A DNA stretch of 64,000 nucleotides, from contig DATKHC010000001.1 in the NCBI GenBank assembly GCA_035510465.1, positions 70,799 through 134,798 of the forward strand, in the 5' to 3' direction. Below, piece by piece: positions 29,220-39,413 of this stretch (positions within the stretch are counted from its first letter, which is position 1; each line of letters begins with the position of its first letter). Below the pieces are notes generated by a model. It was not told where the DNA came from and did not search any database. It worked only from the letters and a program-made list of their open reading frames with translations. Made by a program: the position numbers and the translations under genes. This DNA is from Candidatus Saccharimonadales bacterium. Its GTDB lineage: Bacteria > Patescibacteriota > Saccharimonadia > Saccharimonadales > DATKHC01.

Positions 29220-30518
29220 ATGAACAGTAAAAACTGGAAATATCTGCTAGTCTTAGCTCCTATTTTGGTATTAGCGGTCTTTTTAATTGTAAAGTCGGTT
29301 AACGTGCCAAACTGGGATGAGTGGGAATTAGTTCCAATTCTTCAACATATACATTCTGGACATATTTACTGGACAGATTTCTGGCATCAACATAACGAGC
29401 ATAGGCTACTAATTCCAAATATTATTCTAGTAACTGTCGCCGAGTTTACTCGCTGGAATTTACGTTTAGAAGACTATATGAACATCGTTGTTGCGATATT
29501 GTCTTTTTATATTATCTACAAGATCCTTAAAAACACCGTCCTCTCCAAAAAACAAAAAAATCTACCGGTTACTTTATTGTTTTTGCTTAGCCTGATATGG
29601 TTTTCATTCGTTCAAGCCGATAATTGGTTGTGGGGTTGGCAGATTGAGTGGTTTCTTAGCGTCCTTGGAACAACTATAGTTGCCTATTTACTAACAAAAA
29701 TTAATAGAAACAATTTTTCAATTGGACAAGTAGGCTTGTTAATAGCTGGGGGTTTATTCGCTCAATATTCACTTGGTAACGGAACTTTGGTGTGGCCAAT
29801 TTTAGTTATTGCGCTTCTATACATAAGAGTACCTCTTAAAAAAGTACTTATAGTTGCATCGTCTGGGATACTCTCGACCATCCTTTACTATACGAATTAT
29901 CAAAATCAGGATAAGAATGCTCTGTCCGTGCTCGCCAAACATCCGGTGACTTTCGTGAAATATTTTCTCATCTACGTAGGAAGACCGCTAAGTTATCTTC
30001 ATAAAGGCGCACCAATTATAGGTGTAATTTTATTAGTCAGCTTTGTGGCTATTAACGTTTACCTTTTCATCCGTAATAAAGCACTCTTTAACAAACTTAT
30101 TCCGTGGATATTTATTGGTCTCTATGCCATTAGTAGTGCAATTATTACCGGTTTAGCGCGGCTTAGTTTTGGGACTGGAGAGGCCTACGTTAGCAGATAT
30201 ACAACTATATCTATGCTTCTTGTGGTTAGCACTATTGTTATCTTCTACCAAAGTCGAGAAGATCTGTCTAAGCTAGTCGGCAAAAGTTTTAAGTTTCTTT
30301 CCTTAGTTACTATATGTATAGTTTTTGTATTGGTTTTAATAAACGACGCCTGGGGTTTTCATGACAGCCTAGAGCATAATCGTAGCTTGACCGCCGAAAT
30401 GATATGTACCCGACTACCTAATCCTTCAAATGCTTGTTTGCTGACGGCCTACCCAAGTGCTCCCGTCGTTTCAACAAGACTTAATTATTTAAAACAAGTT
30501 CACTGGGGTGGGTATTAA
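29220..30518 (+). CDS. polytopic membrane protein, GT-C-like candidate
   Basis: About 11 TM helices. The first loop has acidic and His motifs (NWDEWELVP...HQHNEHR). The ATG at 29220, with AAGGG 5 nt upstream, is preferred over the alternative start at 29178. Confidence 0.5.
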   Translation: MNSKNWKYLLVLAPILVLAVFLIVKSVNVPNWDEWELVPILQHIHSGHIYWTDFWHQHNEHRLLIPNIILVTVAEFTRWNLRLEDYMNIVVAILSFYIIYKILKNTVLSKKQKNLPVTLLFLLSLIWFSFVQADNWLWGWQIEWFLSVLGTTIVAYLLTKINRNNFSIGQVGLLIAGGLFAQYSLGNGTLVWPILVIALLYIRVPLKKVLIVASSGILSTILYYTNYQNQDKNALSVLAKHPVTFVKYFLIYVGRPLSYLHKGAPIIGVILLVSFVAINVYLFIRNKALFNKLIPWIFIGLYAISSAIITGLARLSFGTGEAYVSRYTTISMLLVVSTIVIFYQSREDLSKLVGKSFKFLSLVTICIVFVLVLINDAWGFHDSLEHNRSLTAEMICTRLPNPSNACLLTAYPSAPVVSTRLNYLKQVHWGGY

Positions 30519-30522
30519 TTTA

Positions 30523-31974
30523 ATGCGCTACTGTATGGACGTTATCGCTAACATTAAAAACAGATTAAATGCAGCTAATACCTTTGCGATAATCGCTATA
30601 GTTTTTGGTATCCTTTTTGTATTTACAACTCCCCTTTTGTGGGGTGCAGACGAAACCACCCATTTTGGTAGGGTATATCAAATTACTCAAGGTCATATTA
30701 GATCTGTGTACATTGGGGATGTGTGGGGTACAGGATATGGAGGATATATACCAGCGAATTTATTTTCTTTTATAAAAGCCGTTGATGCTGACCTACTGCA
30801 TCCTAATACCACTATATTAGATACCAGGAGAGTAGGTACGCCAAATATTTATAACCAGTTTGGAGACCAAAAGTTTTCAAAACAAAAAGTCATATATAGC
30901 TTCCCCAATACTGCGACGTACTCACCAGTGGCCTACGCACCAAGCGTGGTTGGTGTGTTTATAACAGAGAAGTTAAATCTTAACATTGCCTCTATGATCT
31001 ATGCTGGCAGGCTTTGTGATTTAGCTTTTTATATATTGTGCGTATACTTTGCGCTTAAAATTTTGAGGTTTACTAGAACAAAATGGATTATTTTTACAGT
31101 AGCTCTATTGCCTATGGCTCTTTTTCAGGCATCAATAATAACTGCTGATACGACGACTAATGCAGTAGCAATTCTATTCGCAGCACTTATTATTAAATCT
31201 CTGATATACAAAAAACCTCTTAGTAAGCTTGAAAGTATTTTATTGTTACTACTGGCAATTGTGTTACCGCTAGTTAAGCCCATATATGTTTTCTTTGATT
31301 TTTTGATTTTATTTATTCCAAAACAATTACTAAGAATAAGTCGCGGAACAATCTTAAAAATACTAGCTCTTGTCGTAGGCTTGATTGGTTTTGTTGTATG
31401 GTCATATATAACTAGGAATGTTACTGACGCAGTTAGGCTGATGAGAGGCGATTTCTGGCAATCAATTAGCCCCCCGGCTCAAATTAAATATGCTGAGCAT
31501 CACATAATAACCGCTGGTGTGATAGTTGTCCGAACGGTGTTCTTGCAAGACAATACTTACCTAAGTCAATTAATTGGATGGTTGGGTTTCGATTACGTTC
31601 CGGCACCTGCAATGGCAATTATTTCTAGTTTGGGTGCAATGGGACTAGCATTCCTAATTATCGATAAAGCTAAACTTAGTAAAAAACATGCGTATGCGAT
31701 ATTGGCAGTCATACTGGCCTGTTTCGTTACTTTGTTCGCTACACTCTATATAACTTTTACAAGGGTTAAGTACCCAGAAGTTGAAGGGGTTCAGGGTAGA
31801 TATTTCATTCCTTTGTTGCCATTACTCTTAGTTGTACCCGGAGTATATATTAGTAATAAGATTATAAGTGGCACCTCGGTAAAATATAGATTTATTTGCC
31901 AATTGATAGTGTGCTTAGTTTTATTTAGCTTAACTGTGTCGGCTCTTAAATTTATATACGTTACCTGGTACTAA
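30523..31974 (+). CDS. polytopic membrane protein, DUF2142-like (GT-C-like candidate)
   Basis: More than 10 TM helices. The first loop GADETTHFGRVYQITQGH resembles the DUF2142 D-E-x-x-H pattern. The start is ambiguous (30508, 30523 or 30535). Confidence 0.5.
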   Translation: MRYCMDVIANIKNRLNAANTFAIIAIVFGILFVFTTPLLWGADETTHFGRVYQITQGHIRSVYIGDVWGTGYGGYIPANLFSFIKAVDADLLHPNTTILDTRRVGTPNIYNQFGDQKFSKQKVIYSFPNTATYSPVAYAPSVVGVFITEKLNLNIASMIYAGRLCDLAFYILCVYFALKILRFTRTKWIIFTVALLPMALFQASIITADTTTNAVAILFAALIIKSLIYKKPLSKLESILLLLLAIVLPLVKPIYVFFDFLILFIPKQLLRISRGTILKILALVVGLIGFVVWSYITRNVTDAVRLMRGDFWQSISPPAQIKYAEHHIITAGVIVVRTVFLQDNTYLSQLIGWLGFDYVPAPAMAIISSLGAMGLAFLIIDKAKLSKKHAYAILAVILACFVTLFATLYITFTRVKYPEVEGVQGRYFIPLLPLLLVVPGVYISNKIISGTSVKYRFICQLIVCLVLFSLTVSALKFIYVTWY

Positions 31975-33761
31975 ATATTCAGTTTTTGAACATATGGTTT
32001 TAATTTGTTCTGTAATTTACTGGGAGTGTTTCTTTGCTTCTGATCAGGTAACGATACATTACCTGATGCTTCACAGATTAGAATAAAAAATGCTGCCACG
32101 ATAACACTGGATATTACGCCAATAAGGGATTTTCGCAGACTCAAGTTGTAAATTGGGTAATTCCCAATGATCCAAAATAAGTTAAAAAGTAAGAATTGAA
32201 TAAAGAATAGTGCGTATAAAACTTTGGTTCGCGCTAACCAAGTACCAAGCAAGCCAAACAATAAAAGCAGCGTCGCATACGAGCCAACGTGAATTATAGT
32301 TAGACCAGGTATAAAAATTAATACCACCCAAAACACTAAACCAATTAGCGATACTTCCAATAAGTGTTTCTGTAATTGAGACAGTTTAATAGGATTTTTC
32401 TTAAAAAGTAGCGCAATCCAGCCCAGATTAAAAAAGCCAAAAGTGAACAACAATACATAAAAATCGTTAACTTGAAACCATGCTGAAAAATTACTCAGGG
32501 TAGATCGTAATGAGCTCTTAGAAAAACCAAAAGATTTAACGCCGTTTACTATGTTTTTATTTAGTTCTGGGACTATCATGGTTTTTGTATTAATCTCTCG
32601 GGTCTTGAGCCAAGTATTTATAGATATAGATTCATAGGAGTTTATTATTGTACTTAGGGTAGGTTTATTGTTGGGTACAACCACGCCGGCAAACTCCCAT
32701 TTTGTTAATCGATCAGATGTACTATTCCTGTCTTTATATATCATCCAGGGAGTAAGAATAATTACTGAGATTAAACAACCCATTATTATTGGCTTCAAAG
32801 GTAATTTTTTAACAAGTTTTTTAGGGTTGGATATTTTATTTTTAACATATATATAAATAAGTACCGCGGCTAAGCCAAGGATCGTAAATATAACAGCGTC
32901 ATGGATAAGAAGAGAAATCACGATAAAGATCATTGAGCTTATTATGGTTTTAGCTCGATTCTTATTTGCAAAATCGAGCAGTAGTACACATCCTACTAGG
33001 GCTAAACTTCCTGCAAATAATTTAGGCCAAACGAATATTGAATTTATAAAAAGAACGCCAGTAAAAATCATTGTCCCTGTAATCAGTAGTGTGTCCCTTA
33101 ACCGAAGTCCAAGTGTTATTAGTAATCCAAATATCGCCGCAATCCAACTCAACTGTAAGTAGGTAGCAATAACTTGATAGCTTTCAGTGATAGCAGGCAA
33201 TTTACCGCTAAGCTGCAAAACCCCCAAGCCCACGCCGATTTGAATGGGTGGCCTGTCAACTAGATTCCACCCCCCAACCAGTGACTTGGGTGTTCTTTCT
33301 TCAATGTTCTGAGCAAATATTAACGGTAAACTGTTGTCTCCAGGAAGTTTAGATAAATAACAGTATGCACTATTACTGTAATCTAGACCGCTGACAGTTG
33401 GTATTTGGCAATTCTTTAGCAAAACAGTGTAATAACTTAACGCAACCACTATTACTGTGAGCGGCAACAATATGAATATTTTAAAATTTTTATTCTTTAA
33501 TAAGTATTTTAGCTTGAATAGTCCATATACTATTAGCACACCACCGACTAGATAAATTATAGTGTTTAGGCTTTTACCGTGACCAGGATTACGTAAAGAT
33601 ACAAAGAATACAATATAGTAAATCAGGCCTATGAAAGCAAAGGCAGAAGCTAGCGCAAATTCTTTAGGGATATAACGGTGTTTAACAGCTAGAGAACTTA
33701 AAAATAGTCCAATGGCTAGGTATGCACCGATTTGGAGCATGACAATTGATATAAATGACAT
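31971..33761 (-). CDS. polytopic membrane protein, GT-C-like candidate (PMT_2/ArnT-like pattern)
   Basis: 596 aa with about 14 TM helices. An extracytoplasmic loop carries WNLVDRPPIQIG, resembling the D/E-x-PP loop of GT-C enzymes. Confidence 0.5.
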   Translation of the reverse strand: MSFISIVMLQIGAYLAIGLFLSSLAVKHRYIPKEFALASAFAFIGLIYYIVFFVSLRNPGHGKSLNTIIYLVGGVLIVYGLFKLKYLLKNKNFKIFILLPLTVIVVALSYYTVLLKNCQIPTVSGLDYSNSAYCYLSKLPGDNSLPLIFAQNIEERTPKSLVGGWNLVDRPPIQIGVGLGVLQLSGKLPAITESYQVIATYLQLSWIAAIFGLLITLGLRLRDTLLITGTMIFTGVLFINSIFVWPKLFAGSLALVGCVLLLDFANKNRAKTIISSMIFIVISLLIHDAVIFTILGLAAVLIYIYVKNKISNPKKLVKKLPLKPIIMGCLISVIILTPWMIYKDRNSTSDRLTKWEFAGVVVPNNKPTLSTIINSYESISINTWLKTREINTKTMIVPELNKNIVNGVKSFGFSKSSLRSTLSNFSAWFQVNDFYVLLFTFGFFNLGWIALLFKKNPIKLSQLQKHLLEVSLIGLVFWVVLIFIPGLTIIHVGSYATLLLLFGLLGTWLARTKVLYALFFIQFLLFNLFWIIGNYPIYNLSLRKSLIGVISSVIVAAFFILICEASGNVSLPDQKQRNTPSKLQNKLKPYVQKLNI

Positions 33762-33827
33762 GTTTAGTTAATAGTATTTAATCGTTTGCTGAGTTTCAAG
33801 CGTTTATTTATTACCATACACTAGATT

Positions 33828-34541
33828 CTACTTATCAATCTTTGGGAATTTTCTTATACCCAACCTATTAGTAAATAACCATGTTAAATGTGAAACTCCG
33901 GTAACAAAATAATGCTGCTTGGTTGTACCTTGTCTTGTGTGTTGAACTATACTAAATTCTGAATACTTTACTGTTGGATTTAGGGCTGCGTTTATCTTAA
34001 TTTGTGGGCTAAGGTTCCAATCACCCATAGTAAGTTTAAGTTGGTTTTTTACTTCTTTCTTAAATACCCACATCCCAGATAATATGTCTTTTACTTTTAT
34101 TCCATATAATAGTCTCGTCTCTATATTTAATGCTTTTACGCCAGTTTTTAGCTTCAGCGATATTTTGGATCCGTCCTGCATTGGATATCTATTACAAGAT
34201 ACGAAGTCTAAATTATTCTCATCAATGTAATTAATAATTGAAGCAAGCTTCTCGATTGGATAAGTGGCGTCACCGTCAATACCAACAATAATGTCGCCTG
34301 TTGCATTTTCAATACCAGTTATGTGAGCAAAGCCATAGCCAATGCCATTTATAGCCCTATTGTCTTCGTAAACCTTTAGTCCAAGTTTTTTAGCAACCTT
34401 AACCGTGTCGTCGGTTGATTTATTACTAACTACAATTATCTCATCTACAAAAGCAGGTATTCTCTTAATTACTTCTGGTAAATGGCTTCCTTCATTACGA
34501 CATGGCAAAATTACGGAAATTTTCTTTTTCCTATAAACCAT
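33828..34541 (-). CDS. glycosyltransferase family 2, short polyprenyl-phosphate sugar synthase-like (DPM1/GtrB-type catalytic domain)
   Basis: ISVILPCRNE...IIVVSNKSTDDT and GIDGDATYP (DxD). 237 aa. Confidence 0.78.
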   Translation of the reverse strand: MVYRKKKISVILPCRNEGSHLPEVIKRIPAFVDEIIVVSNKSTDDTVKVAKKLGLKVYEDNRAINGIGYGFAHITGIENATGDIIVGIDGDATYPIEKLASIINYIDENNLDFVSCNRYPMQDGSKISLKLKTGVKALNIETRLLYGIKVKDILSGMWVFKKEVKNQLKLTMGDWNLSPQIKINAALNPTVKYSEFSIVQHTRQGTTKQHYFVTGVSHLTWLFTNRLGIRKFPKIDK

Positions 34542-34585
34542 TGAGGTTTCCGATCTGTCTAATGTATATCTTAAAGACCTCTCGT

Positions 34586-35284
34586 CTATTGTCTGGCAAA
34601 AACTCCTAGAACGTTTTTACCAAACATTTTCTTAAATATACGCTCCGATAGTGCACTGACAGGAAATAAGTATTTATCAAATATACCTATGGTTTTCGGG
34701 TTCAGGTTACCGCTTCCACCAATAATCCGATAGACTATTGCCAACATGAAACCCACTGGGTCACAGTATTTTATACGCTTGAGCTCCAGGTTTGTTTGGT
34801 TGGCTAGTTTTTTTAGGTCTTTTATTCGATATCTTCGAAAATGCTCGGCCTTTACGTCTAGGTTTGAAAAAATACTCATAAATGCAGGTACGTAAATAAT
34901 TATCACGCCTTCTTTACTTAAACAATCTTTTAATGAAGCAAGAATTTTTTTATCATCTTTTATGTGCTCTAGCACGTTTAAGGAATAGATAACATCGTAT
35001 TTTGTCTTTACGTGCTTTATATCCTCATGTGTCTTGTATTTCTTTTGTCTCAATATTTTTGCTTGAACTTTACCTTTCTCAACGCAATCAATTTTATGGC
35101 CAAGTTCTCTAAGCATATCTGCGTATGTTCCAATGCCGGCTCCAAAATCTAAAATCTTAACCTTTTTATTTTTTAACTTACTAATTTCTCGTTGAATAAA
35201 ATCTCGTTGATAACGATTATAGTTAACCGCATCTTTCATGGTTTCGAGATTATCTTGCGCGGTGTAGAAGTATTCTTTAGCCAA
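34586..35284 (-). CDS. class I SAM-dependent methyltransferase
   Basis: Motif I ILDFGAGIGTYAD and post-I/II motifs (VIYSLNVLEHI). 232 aa. Confidence 0.8.
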   Translation of the reverse strand: MAKEYFYTAQDNLETMKDAVNYNRYQRDFIQREISKLKNKKVKILDFGAGIGTYADMLRELGHKIDCVEKGKVQAKILRQKKYKTHEDIKHVKTKYDVIYSLNVLEHIKDDKKILASLKDCLSKEGVIIIYVPAFMSIFSNLDVKAEHFRRYRIKDLKKLANQTNLELKRIKYCDPVGFMLAIVYRIIGGSGNLNPKTIGIFDKYLFPVSALSERIFKKMFGKNVLGVFARQ

Positions 35285-35548
35285 AATTCTTCCTTATAAT
35301 ATTCTTTGTTTACGCTTAGTACTTTTAAATTTAACTCTTTGGCTTAAACATGCTTTTTCCAATTACTGTATCCCTAAGGTTTACTTGAGAGTGTATCATC
35401 TTTGATGCGTCTGTTAAATAATATTCATCAGTGTTTCTTGTTTCAGATTTTGTCTTGTTTAAGAAAATATATTAGTGCTTATGATTGAGCTATTGGACCA
35501 TACTTAGTACTATGATGCAAAGACGATAATTGATAAAAGGAGGACTTA

Positions 35549-36766
35549 GTGGCTACAGGTTCTGTTAACACCAAAGACGAGCTTTTTGATATTTGTATTG
35601 TGGGTGGTTGTGGGCATGTGGGACTTCCACTGGGATTAGCTTTTGCTGGTCAAAGTAAAAATGTAGTCCTTTATGACATAAACGAAAAAAGCATTTATGA
35701 AGTTAATTCGGGTAAAATGCCCTTTAAAGAAGAAGATTCCGAGCCAATATTAAACAAAGTTTTAAAATTAGGTAAACTAAAAGCTACGAACGCACCACAA
35801 GTAATTAGTGACTCCAGGATTGTTATATTAGTTATAGGAACTCCCGTAGACGAACACCTGAATCCGAAAGTAAGCGAAATTATTCATGCAATTAAAGAAA
35901 TTGAAGATTATTTAACCGATGATCAGCTTCTCGTAATGAGAAGCACGCTATATCCGGGAGTTACTGATAAAGTTAAGGCATATCTCACTAAGATTGGCAA
36001 GAATATCTCTGTGGCTTTTTGCCCAGAACGAATTATAGAAGGTAAGGCATTAACTGAATTGTATGAGCTTCCTCAAATAGTTGCCGGCTGTACTCCAAAG
36101 GCTACCGAAAAAGCTTCAGATCTTTTCAAGGTTTTAACTAATAAAATAATAGTCACTGAACCAATTGAGGCAGAATTAGCCAAGCTATTTACTAATACTT
36201 GGCGTTATATTAACTTTGCCATATCTAACCAGTTTTACATGATAGCCAATAGTCATGGGTTAGACTTTTACAATATCTATAATGCCATGACTGAAGATTA
36301 TCCTAGACTAAAAGCATTCGCAAAAGCCGGGTTAGCAGCTGGTCCTTGTTTATTCAAAGACACCATGCAGTTGTCTTCATTTAGTGGTAATAACTTCTTT
36401 TTAGGCCATTCTGCTATGTTGGTAAATGAAGGTTTGCCAGATTTTATCGTGAGCTCAATGAAAAAAAATCATGATTTAAGTAAAAGCACAGTAGCTATTC
36501 TTGGGATGGCTTTTAAGGGTAATAATGACGATCCACGTGAATCCCTTTCGTACAAACTAAAGAAAAAACTAGAAGTTGAAGCAGATGTTGTTCTTTGTCA
36601 CGATCCATATATAAACGACTCGAGATTTTCAACCATGGAAGAAATAAGAGAAAAAGCCGATATTATTGTGCTTGCTACTCCGCACACTGAATACAACACC
36701 GAGAACTGGGACGATAGAGTGTTAGTAGATATGTGGAATTTCTATGGCCAAGGGGGGCTGGTATAG
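35549..36766 (+). CDS. nucleotide-sugar 6-dehydrogenase (UDP-glucose/GDP-mannose dehydrogenase family)
   Basis: Rossmann motif ICIVGGCGHVGLPLG, catalytic Cys context AGPCLFKDT and a C-terminal UDP-binding domain. GTG start with AAAGGAGGA 6 nt upstream. Confidence 0.85.
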   Translation: MATGSVNTKDELFDICIVGGCGHVGLPLGLAFAGQSKNVVLYDINEKSIYEVNSGKMPFKEEDSEPILNKVLKLGKLKATNAPQVISDSRIVILVIGTPVDEHLNPKVSEIIHAIKEIEDYLTDDQLLVMRSTLYPGVTDKVKAYLTKIGKNISVAFCPERIIEGKALTELYELPQIVAGCTPKATEKASDLFKVLTNKIIVTEPIEAELAKLFTNTWRYINFAISNQFYMIANSHGLDFYNIYNAMTEDYPRLKAFAKAGLAAGPCLFKDTMQLSSFSGNNFFLGHSAMLVNEGLPDFIVSSMKKNHDLSKSTVAILGMAFKGNNDDPRESLSYKLKKKLEVEADVVLCHDPYINDSRFSTMEEIREKADIIVLATPHTEYNTENWDDRVLVDMWNFYGQGGLV

Positions 36767-36767
36767 G

Positions 36768-37445
36768 TTATTTTCGTAATGGATTCTGTTTGGTCTTTTG
36801 TCCGATTACAAAAGTTTGCTTACCCATTAAGAACTGGATGGGCGCCAGTTTCAAATATAATTTTATAAAAATTGGTATTGCAGGTATTTTTGAATTAGTA
36901 GTATATGGTAAAAACCTGACTTTCTTGTAGTTAATCTTAAAGTTAGTCAAGGAGAAAGCTTCGTATAAACTTTTTTCGGTTAGCGGTAGTGTGTGGTCAA
37001 TATAGTCCCAGTACTTATTGCCAACAAGTCTTATATTTGGTTGCAAAATAAGAACTTTTCCGCCAGGTTTAAGCACTCGTCGTATTTCTTTCAGTGTTTC
37101 AATGAGTTCGTCTTTACTTTCCAGGTGTTCAAAAAAATTACTTACAAAGATTTTATCGACAGAATCAGTCAGTGACTTCGGTAAAGCCGTGCTTAATGTT
37201 TTATAAACTATTACGTCTTTATTTGCGATTTTTTTTGTATATGCATTTATGTCTACTGCGATTTTCGTCTTACATTTTATGTTATTAATAAATTCACAGT
37301 AGCCCGCTCCTAAATCAAGTACAGTGTCTTTTTTGTCTATATACTTTTGGAAATAGTCGTGACAGAGTATCTTCCACATAATATTTCTGTTTTGTATATT
37401 TTTGTCAAAACGATCAGCATATATAGATAAAACGTAGTCTCTCAT
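36768..37445 (-). CDS. class I SAM-dependent methyltransferase
   Basis: Motif I VLDLGAGYCEF, then KIFVSNFFEHL and LKPGGKVLI. Confidence 0.75.
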   Translation of the reverse strand: MRDYVLSIYADRFDKNIQNRNIMWKILCHDYFQKYIDKKDTVLDLGAGYCEFINNIKCKTKIAVDINAYTKKIANKDVIVYKTLSTALPKSLTDSVDKIFVSNFFEHLESKDELIETLKEIRRVLKPGGKVLILQPNIRLVGNKYWDYIDHTLPLTEKSLYEAFSLTNFKINYKKVRFLPYTTNSKIPAIPIFIKLYLKLAPIQFLMGKQTFVIGQKTKQNPLRK

Positions 37446-37696
37446 ATTATTTCTTCCAAAGTTGACCTAATACTATCACGGAATATCTAATTTATTGATC
37501 AAAAAGCATAATACACAACATTCGTGAGACTTTGTATAATTCCAGTTTTAATATCTGTTCCAAGCTTTATGATAAAATCAAACTAAGTTAAGTCTGAAAA
37601 AGGGGTCAATAGATGTCTAAGAGGGTATTCATTCGTGAAACTAGTACAATTAGCCTAGTTAGCACTCATCAACTTTAGAAAGGGCGGTATAGTATT

Positions 37697-38716
37697 GTGA
37701 AAATTTTATGGACAGGTGCTGCTGGATTCATTGCAGGATATACGATCGAGGAATTGCTAAATCATGGCCATGAAGTTGTTGGTATAGATAACTTTTCAAA
37801 GTACGGAAAAGTTGAAAAAAGCTATGACAATCATCCAAACTATAAGTTTATTGAAGGGGATGCAAAAGACGTAGAGCTAATGAAAAAAGCTGTCGAGGAC
37901 GTTGATGTCATTGTGTCTGGAGCAGCTATGATTGGCGGCATATCCTACTTTCATGAGTTTGCCTACGAATTACTTGCTGAGAACGAGCGCATAACCGCCG
38001 CTGCGTTTGATGCTGCTATTTGGGCATTTAAAAATAAGAAGCTTAAGAAAATTGTCGTGATGTCATCGTCGATGGTATATGAATCGACTGATCAATTCCC
38101 TAGCCCCGAAACAGCGATTAAAACATCCCCGCCTCCAATCTCAACCTATGGTTTCCAAAAGCTGGCATGTGAGTATTTCGCTAGAGGGGGATGGGAGCAG
38201 TATCAGCTGCCCTATACTATAATTCGACCCTTTAACTGTGTTGGCATTGGCGAAAAGCGAGCTCTAAGTGATAAAGAAATCTACTCCGGAAACGTTAAAT
38301 TAGCTATGAGCCACGTAGTGCCCGATTTAGTGCAGAAAATTGTTAAGAAGCAAGACCCACTTCATATTCTTGGTAAAGGTAATCAAGTCCGTCACTATAC
38401 CTATGGGGGTGATTTAGCACGAGGGATTAGGCTTTGCATCGAGAAAAAAGAAGCATTGAACGAAGATTTTAATATTTCAACCGCTCAATCAACCAGTGTA
38501 ATAGAGTTAGCTGAAGTAATTTGGGAAAAACTAAACGGCGATAAACCATTTCGATTTGTTTCCGATAAACCGTTTGAGCATGACGTTCAAAAAAGAGTTC
38601 CAGATACTACAAAAGCAAAGAAGATGTTGGGTTATGAAACAACTACATCCCTGGACAAGATGCTAGACGAAGTAATCCCTTGGATCGTAGAACAAGTTAA
38701 ACATGGTAATATCTAA
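37697..38716 (+). CDS. NAD-dependent nucleotide-sugar epimerase/dehydratase (extended SDR)
   Basis: TGAAGFIAGY glycine motif and catalytic YGFQK (YxxxK). 339 aa. GTG start. Confidence 0.85.
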   Translation: MKILWTGAAGFIAGYTIEELLNHGHEVVGIDNFSKYGKVEKSYDNHPNYKFIEGDAKDVELMKKAVEDVDVIVSGAAMIGGISYFHEFAYELLAENERITAAAFDAAIWAFKNKKLKKIVVMSSSMVYESTDQFPSPETAIKTSPPPISTYGFQKLACEYFARGGWEQYQLPYTIIRPFNCVGIGEKRALSDKEIYSGNVKLAMSHVVPDLVQKIVKKQDPLHILGKGNQVRHYTYGGDLARGIRLCIEKKEALNEDFNISTAQSTSVIELAEVIWEKLNGDKPFRFVSDKPFEHDVQKRVPDTTKAKKMLGYETTTSLDKMLDEVIPWIVEQVKHGNI

Positions 38717-39413
38717 AAAATCCTCAGATTTACTCCATATTGTTATACCGGTTTACAACGAAGGAGATAACTTTCCGGCGCTATATAAGGAAATAAAGAA
38801 CAGTATTAAAACTCCGTCTGAGTTAATTGTGATTTATGACTTTGATGAAGACACGACTATCCCTGTGGTAAAAAAATTTCAGAAGAAGGATAAAACTATA
38901 GTTCTGCACAAAAATAATATTGGAAGAGGCGCACTAAACGCTATACTAAGTGGTTTTGACTATGTTAAAAGTGGGCCAGTATTAGTTACTATGGCAGACC
39001 TCTCAGATGATTTGAGCATTGTAGATAACATGGTCCGAGAATACCAAAAGGGTGCATCTGTAGTATGCGGAAGTCGTTATATGAAGGGGGGCAAACAGAT
39101 TGGTGGACCATTAATAAAACGAACTCTGTCTAGACTTGCAGGAACATCTCTATACTGGGTAAAGCGATTCCCAACACATGATGTCACAAATAACTTTAAG
39201 CTTTATGACAAGGCATTACTGGACTCTATAACCATAGAAAGCAAGGGTGGTTTTGAGATAGGAATGGAAATAACTGTTAAAGCTTTTAAGCTTAAGAAAA
39301 CCATTAAAGAGCTCCCTTCAACCTGGAGAGACAGAACAGCCGGCGAAACTAACTTTAAACTTTTGGAGTGGTTACCTCACTATATCCACTGGTACTTTTA
39401 TGCTCTTTTTTAA
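38703..39413 (+). CDS. glycosyltransferase family 2, short polyprenyl-phosphate sugar synthase-like
   Basis: LHIVIPVYNEGDN, IVIYDFDEDTT and MADLSDD. 236 aa. Convergent with, and overlapping, the GtrA-like gene. Confidence 0.78.
   Translation: MVISKKSSDLLHIVIPVYNEGDNFPALYKEIKNSIKTPSELIVIYDFDEDTTIPVVKKFQKKDKTIVLHKNNIGRGALNAILSGFDYVKSGPVLVTMADLSDDLSIVDNMVREYQKGASVVCGSRYMKGGKQIGGPLIKRTLSRLAGTSLYWVKRFPTHDVTNNFKLYDKALLDSITIESKGGFEIGMEITVKAFKLKKTIKELPSTWRDRTAGETNFKLLEWLPHYIHWYFYALF

Noticed and set aside
36733-36930. 65-aa plus-strand ORF overlapping the end of the dehydrogenase gene and the methyltransferase gene
   Set aside because: It is antisense to a methyltransferase that has clear SAM motifs. 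It has no SD sequence and no motif.
37613-37678. 21-codon upstream ORF (MSKRVFIRETSTISLVSTHQL) preceded by AAGGGG in the spacer before the epimerase gene
   Set aside because: It could be a leader peptide, but it is short, unremarkable in composition and cannot be supported without conservation or expression data.
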